A stretch of DNA of 64,000 nucleotides, taken from positions 4,302 through 68,301 of the IMG/VR virus record IMGVR_UViG_3300043777_000173; one strand, given 5' to 3'. The translations under genes were made by a program, and so were the position numbers. The stretch comes from a virus. The notes under the pieces are model-generated. The model ran no database searches. It saw nothing but the letters and a program-made list of their open reading frames with translations, and was not told the origin of the DNA. The first letter of the stretch is position 1. Each line of letters starts with the position of its first letter. This document shows, one piece after another, positions 63,046 through 64,000 of this stretch.

Positions 63046-63364
63046 AATCTCTCCTGCGCCGGGAGGCTTGGCCTCACGCAAGAGCAATCCCCATCGCATG
63101 GGCGCGAACCGCATCCTCGGGAACAATCAGCTTCTCAAATTCCGCCGATGGTTCACAGATGCGTTGAATCTCCTTCACAATCTCCTGTTCCACCAATCGG
63201 AGCATCAATTTGAGTTCCTGTTCAGTCATTTTGATAACTCGGCTTCCAATCGAATATTTGATTCGATCGCCCGCTCCCAACTGTCCACAAGCATCTTGAT
63301 CCGGAACTTTAGATCACGATCCCCATAAAAACTCGGCGGTAACAGGGCTTCGATTTCTTTCAGT

Positions 63365-63550
63365 TCATTCATCTCGAACGGCTCCTAAACCCTCGCGAGA
63401 CTTAAAGTCCTTTTGAGTGGCGTACTTGCTATCACCGGAAAAAATAAACTCAGTTAGTGCCTCATCTATGAGCAATTGCTCTGGACAACCGTCCCAACCT
63501 CGTTCAGAAATCCATTGGCGAGCGAGGGCCTTGGCTTCGTCCCAAGTCAT
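63365..63550 (-). CDS. hypothetical protein
   Basis: coupled ORF. Confidence 0.45.
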   Translation of the reverse strand: MTWDEAKALARQWISERGWDGCPEQLLIDEALTEFIFSGDSKYATQKDFKSREGLGAVRDE

Positions 63551-63792
63551 TTCTTCTCTTCCTTCCTGATCTCAACATGTCCGCATTGCACCTCGTAATC
63601 CACCAGCACTCCCCCGCCCTCGATCTTCGCGTGCTTCATGTCCGGCTCGCCATTGATAAGGGGCGCATCAATGAACATGTTCTCCGAGGGTTTCAGGCCC
63701 TTGATACATTTGTGGTCCCACACCATATAAGCCTGTTGCTGGACTTCGACTCGTGGTGCCTGCAAGCTCAACAGTAATATCAATGTTAGCAT
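63547..63792 (-). CDS. small secreted protein
   Basis: hydrophobic N-terminus MLTLILLLSLQA. Confidence 0.5.
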   Translation of the reverse strand: MLTLILLLSLQAPRVEVQQQAYMVWDHKCIKGLKPSENMFIDAPLINGEPDMKHAKIEGGGVLVDYEVQCGHVEIRKEEKK

Positions 63793-63896
63793 CTGTTTGC
63801 CCTCTGCAATCAGGCCTACCCTAGACTCAGCTTCGGATGCAGGCCTTCATGCACAATGCAAACCCCAGCGGGTTTGAACCGTAAAAACAATCAATA

Positions 63897-64000
63897 CGAC
63901 CCCGACCCCGACCCCAACCCCGACCCCGACCTCGACCACGACCACGACCCCGACCCCGACCTCGACCACGACCTCAACCCCGACCCCGACCCCGACCCCA
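63897..64000 (-). repeat. tandem hexamer repeat (CCCGAC variants) encoding a Ser-Gly/Ser-Arg/Ser-Trp tail of a truncated ORF
   Basis: about 17 units of CCCGAC/CTCGAC/CACGAC; the - strand reads ...GSGSWSWSRSGSGLGSGSGSY* to the stop at 63891. Confidence 0.85.

Noticed and set aside
1-64000. tRNA or rRNA genes
   Set aside because: No cloverleaf with a T-loop and acceptor stem, and no rRNA-like segment, was recognised by eye; tRNAscan-SE would be needed to exclude them.

Overview
The window is most of a tailed dsDNA bacteriophage genome, podovirus-like, with a host that is plausibly Acidobacteriota. It has two convergent arms meeting at a bidirectional terminator near 38.8 kb. The + arm (1-38.8 kb) is morphogenesis: TerL, lysis candidates, small structural paralogs, very large Cys-rich fibre-like proteins with signal peptides, portal, scaffold, an N4-gp56-type major capsid gene interrupted by a group I intron with an HNH ORF, adaptors, nozzle and ejection proteins. 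The - arm (38.8-64 kb) is early/replication: DUF5664-like dNTP pyrophosphatase, metallophosphoesterases, a helicase-like ATPase, a UDG-PolA gene split by a LAGLIDADG ORF, SSB-like, AAA and PD-(D/E)XK proteins, an ECF sigma factor and an expanded phiEco32-type amidoligase/GATase/ATP-grasp/GNAT cluster. Non-coding highlights read directly from the sequence: (i) a 23-bp motif (CTAACCCCGTTCTnnGCGAGGAG) dispersed in 14 copies, mostly as inverted pairs and often inside genes, plus a split copy inside a structured element and a stand-alone integrase core-binding-domain gene as candidate reader; (ii) six ECF-type promoters (WGTAAY-N16-GTATCTAAAC) matching the phage-encoded sigma factor. All protein calls come from motif recognition by eye; no database searches were run.
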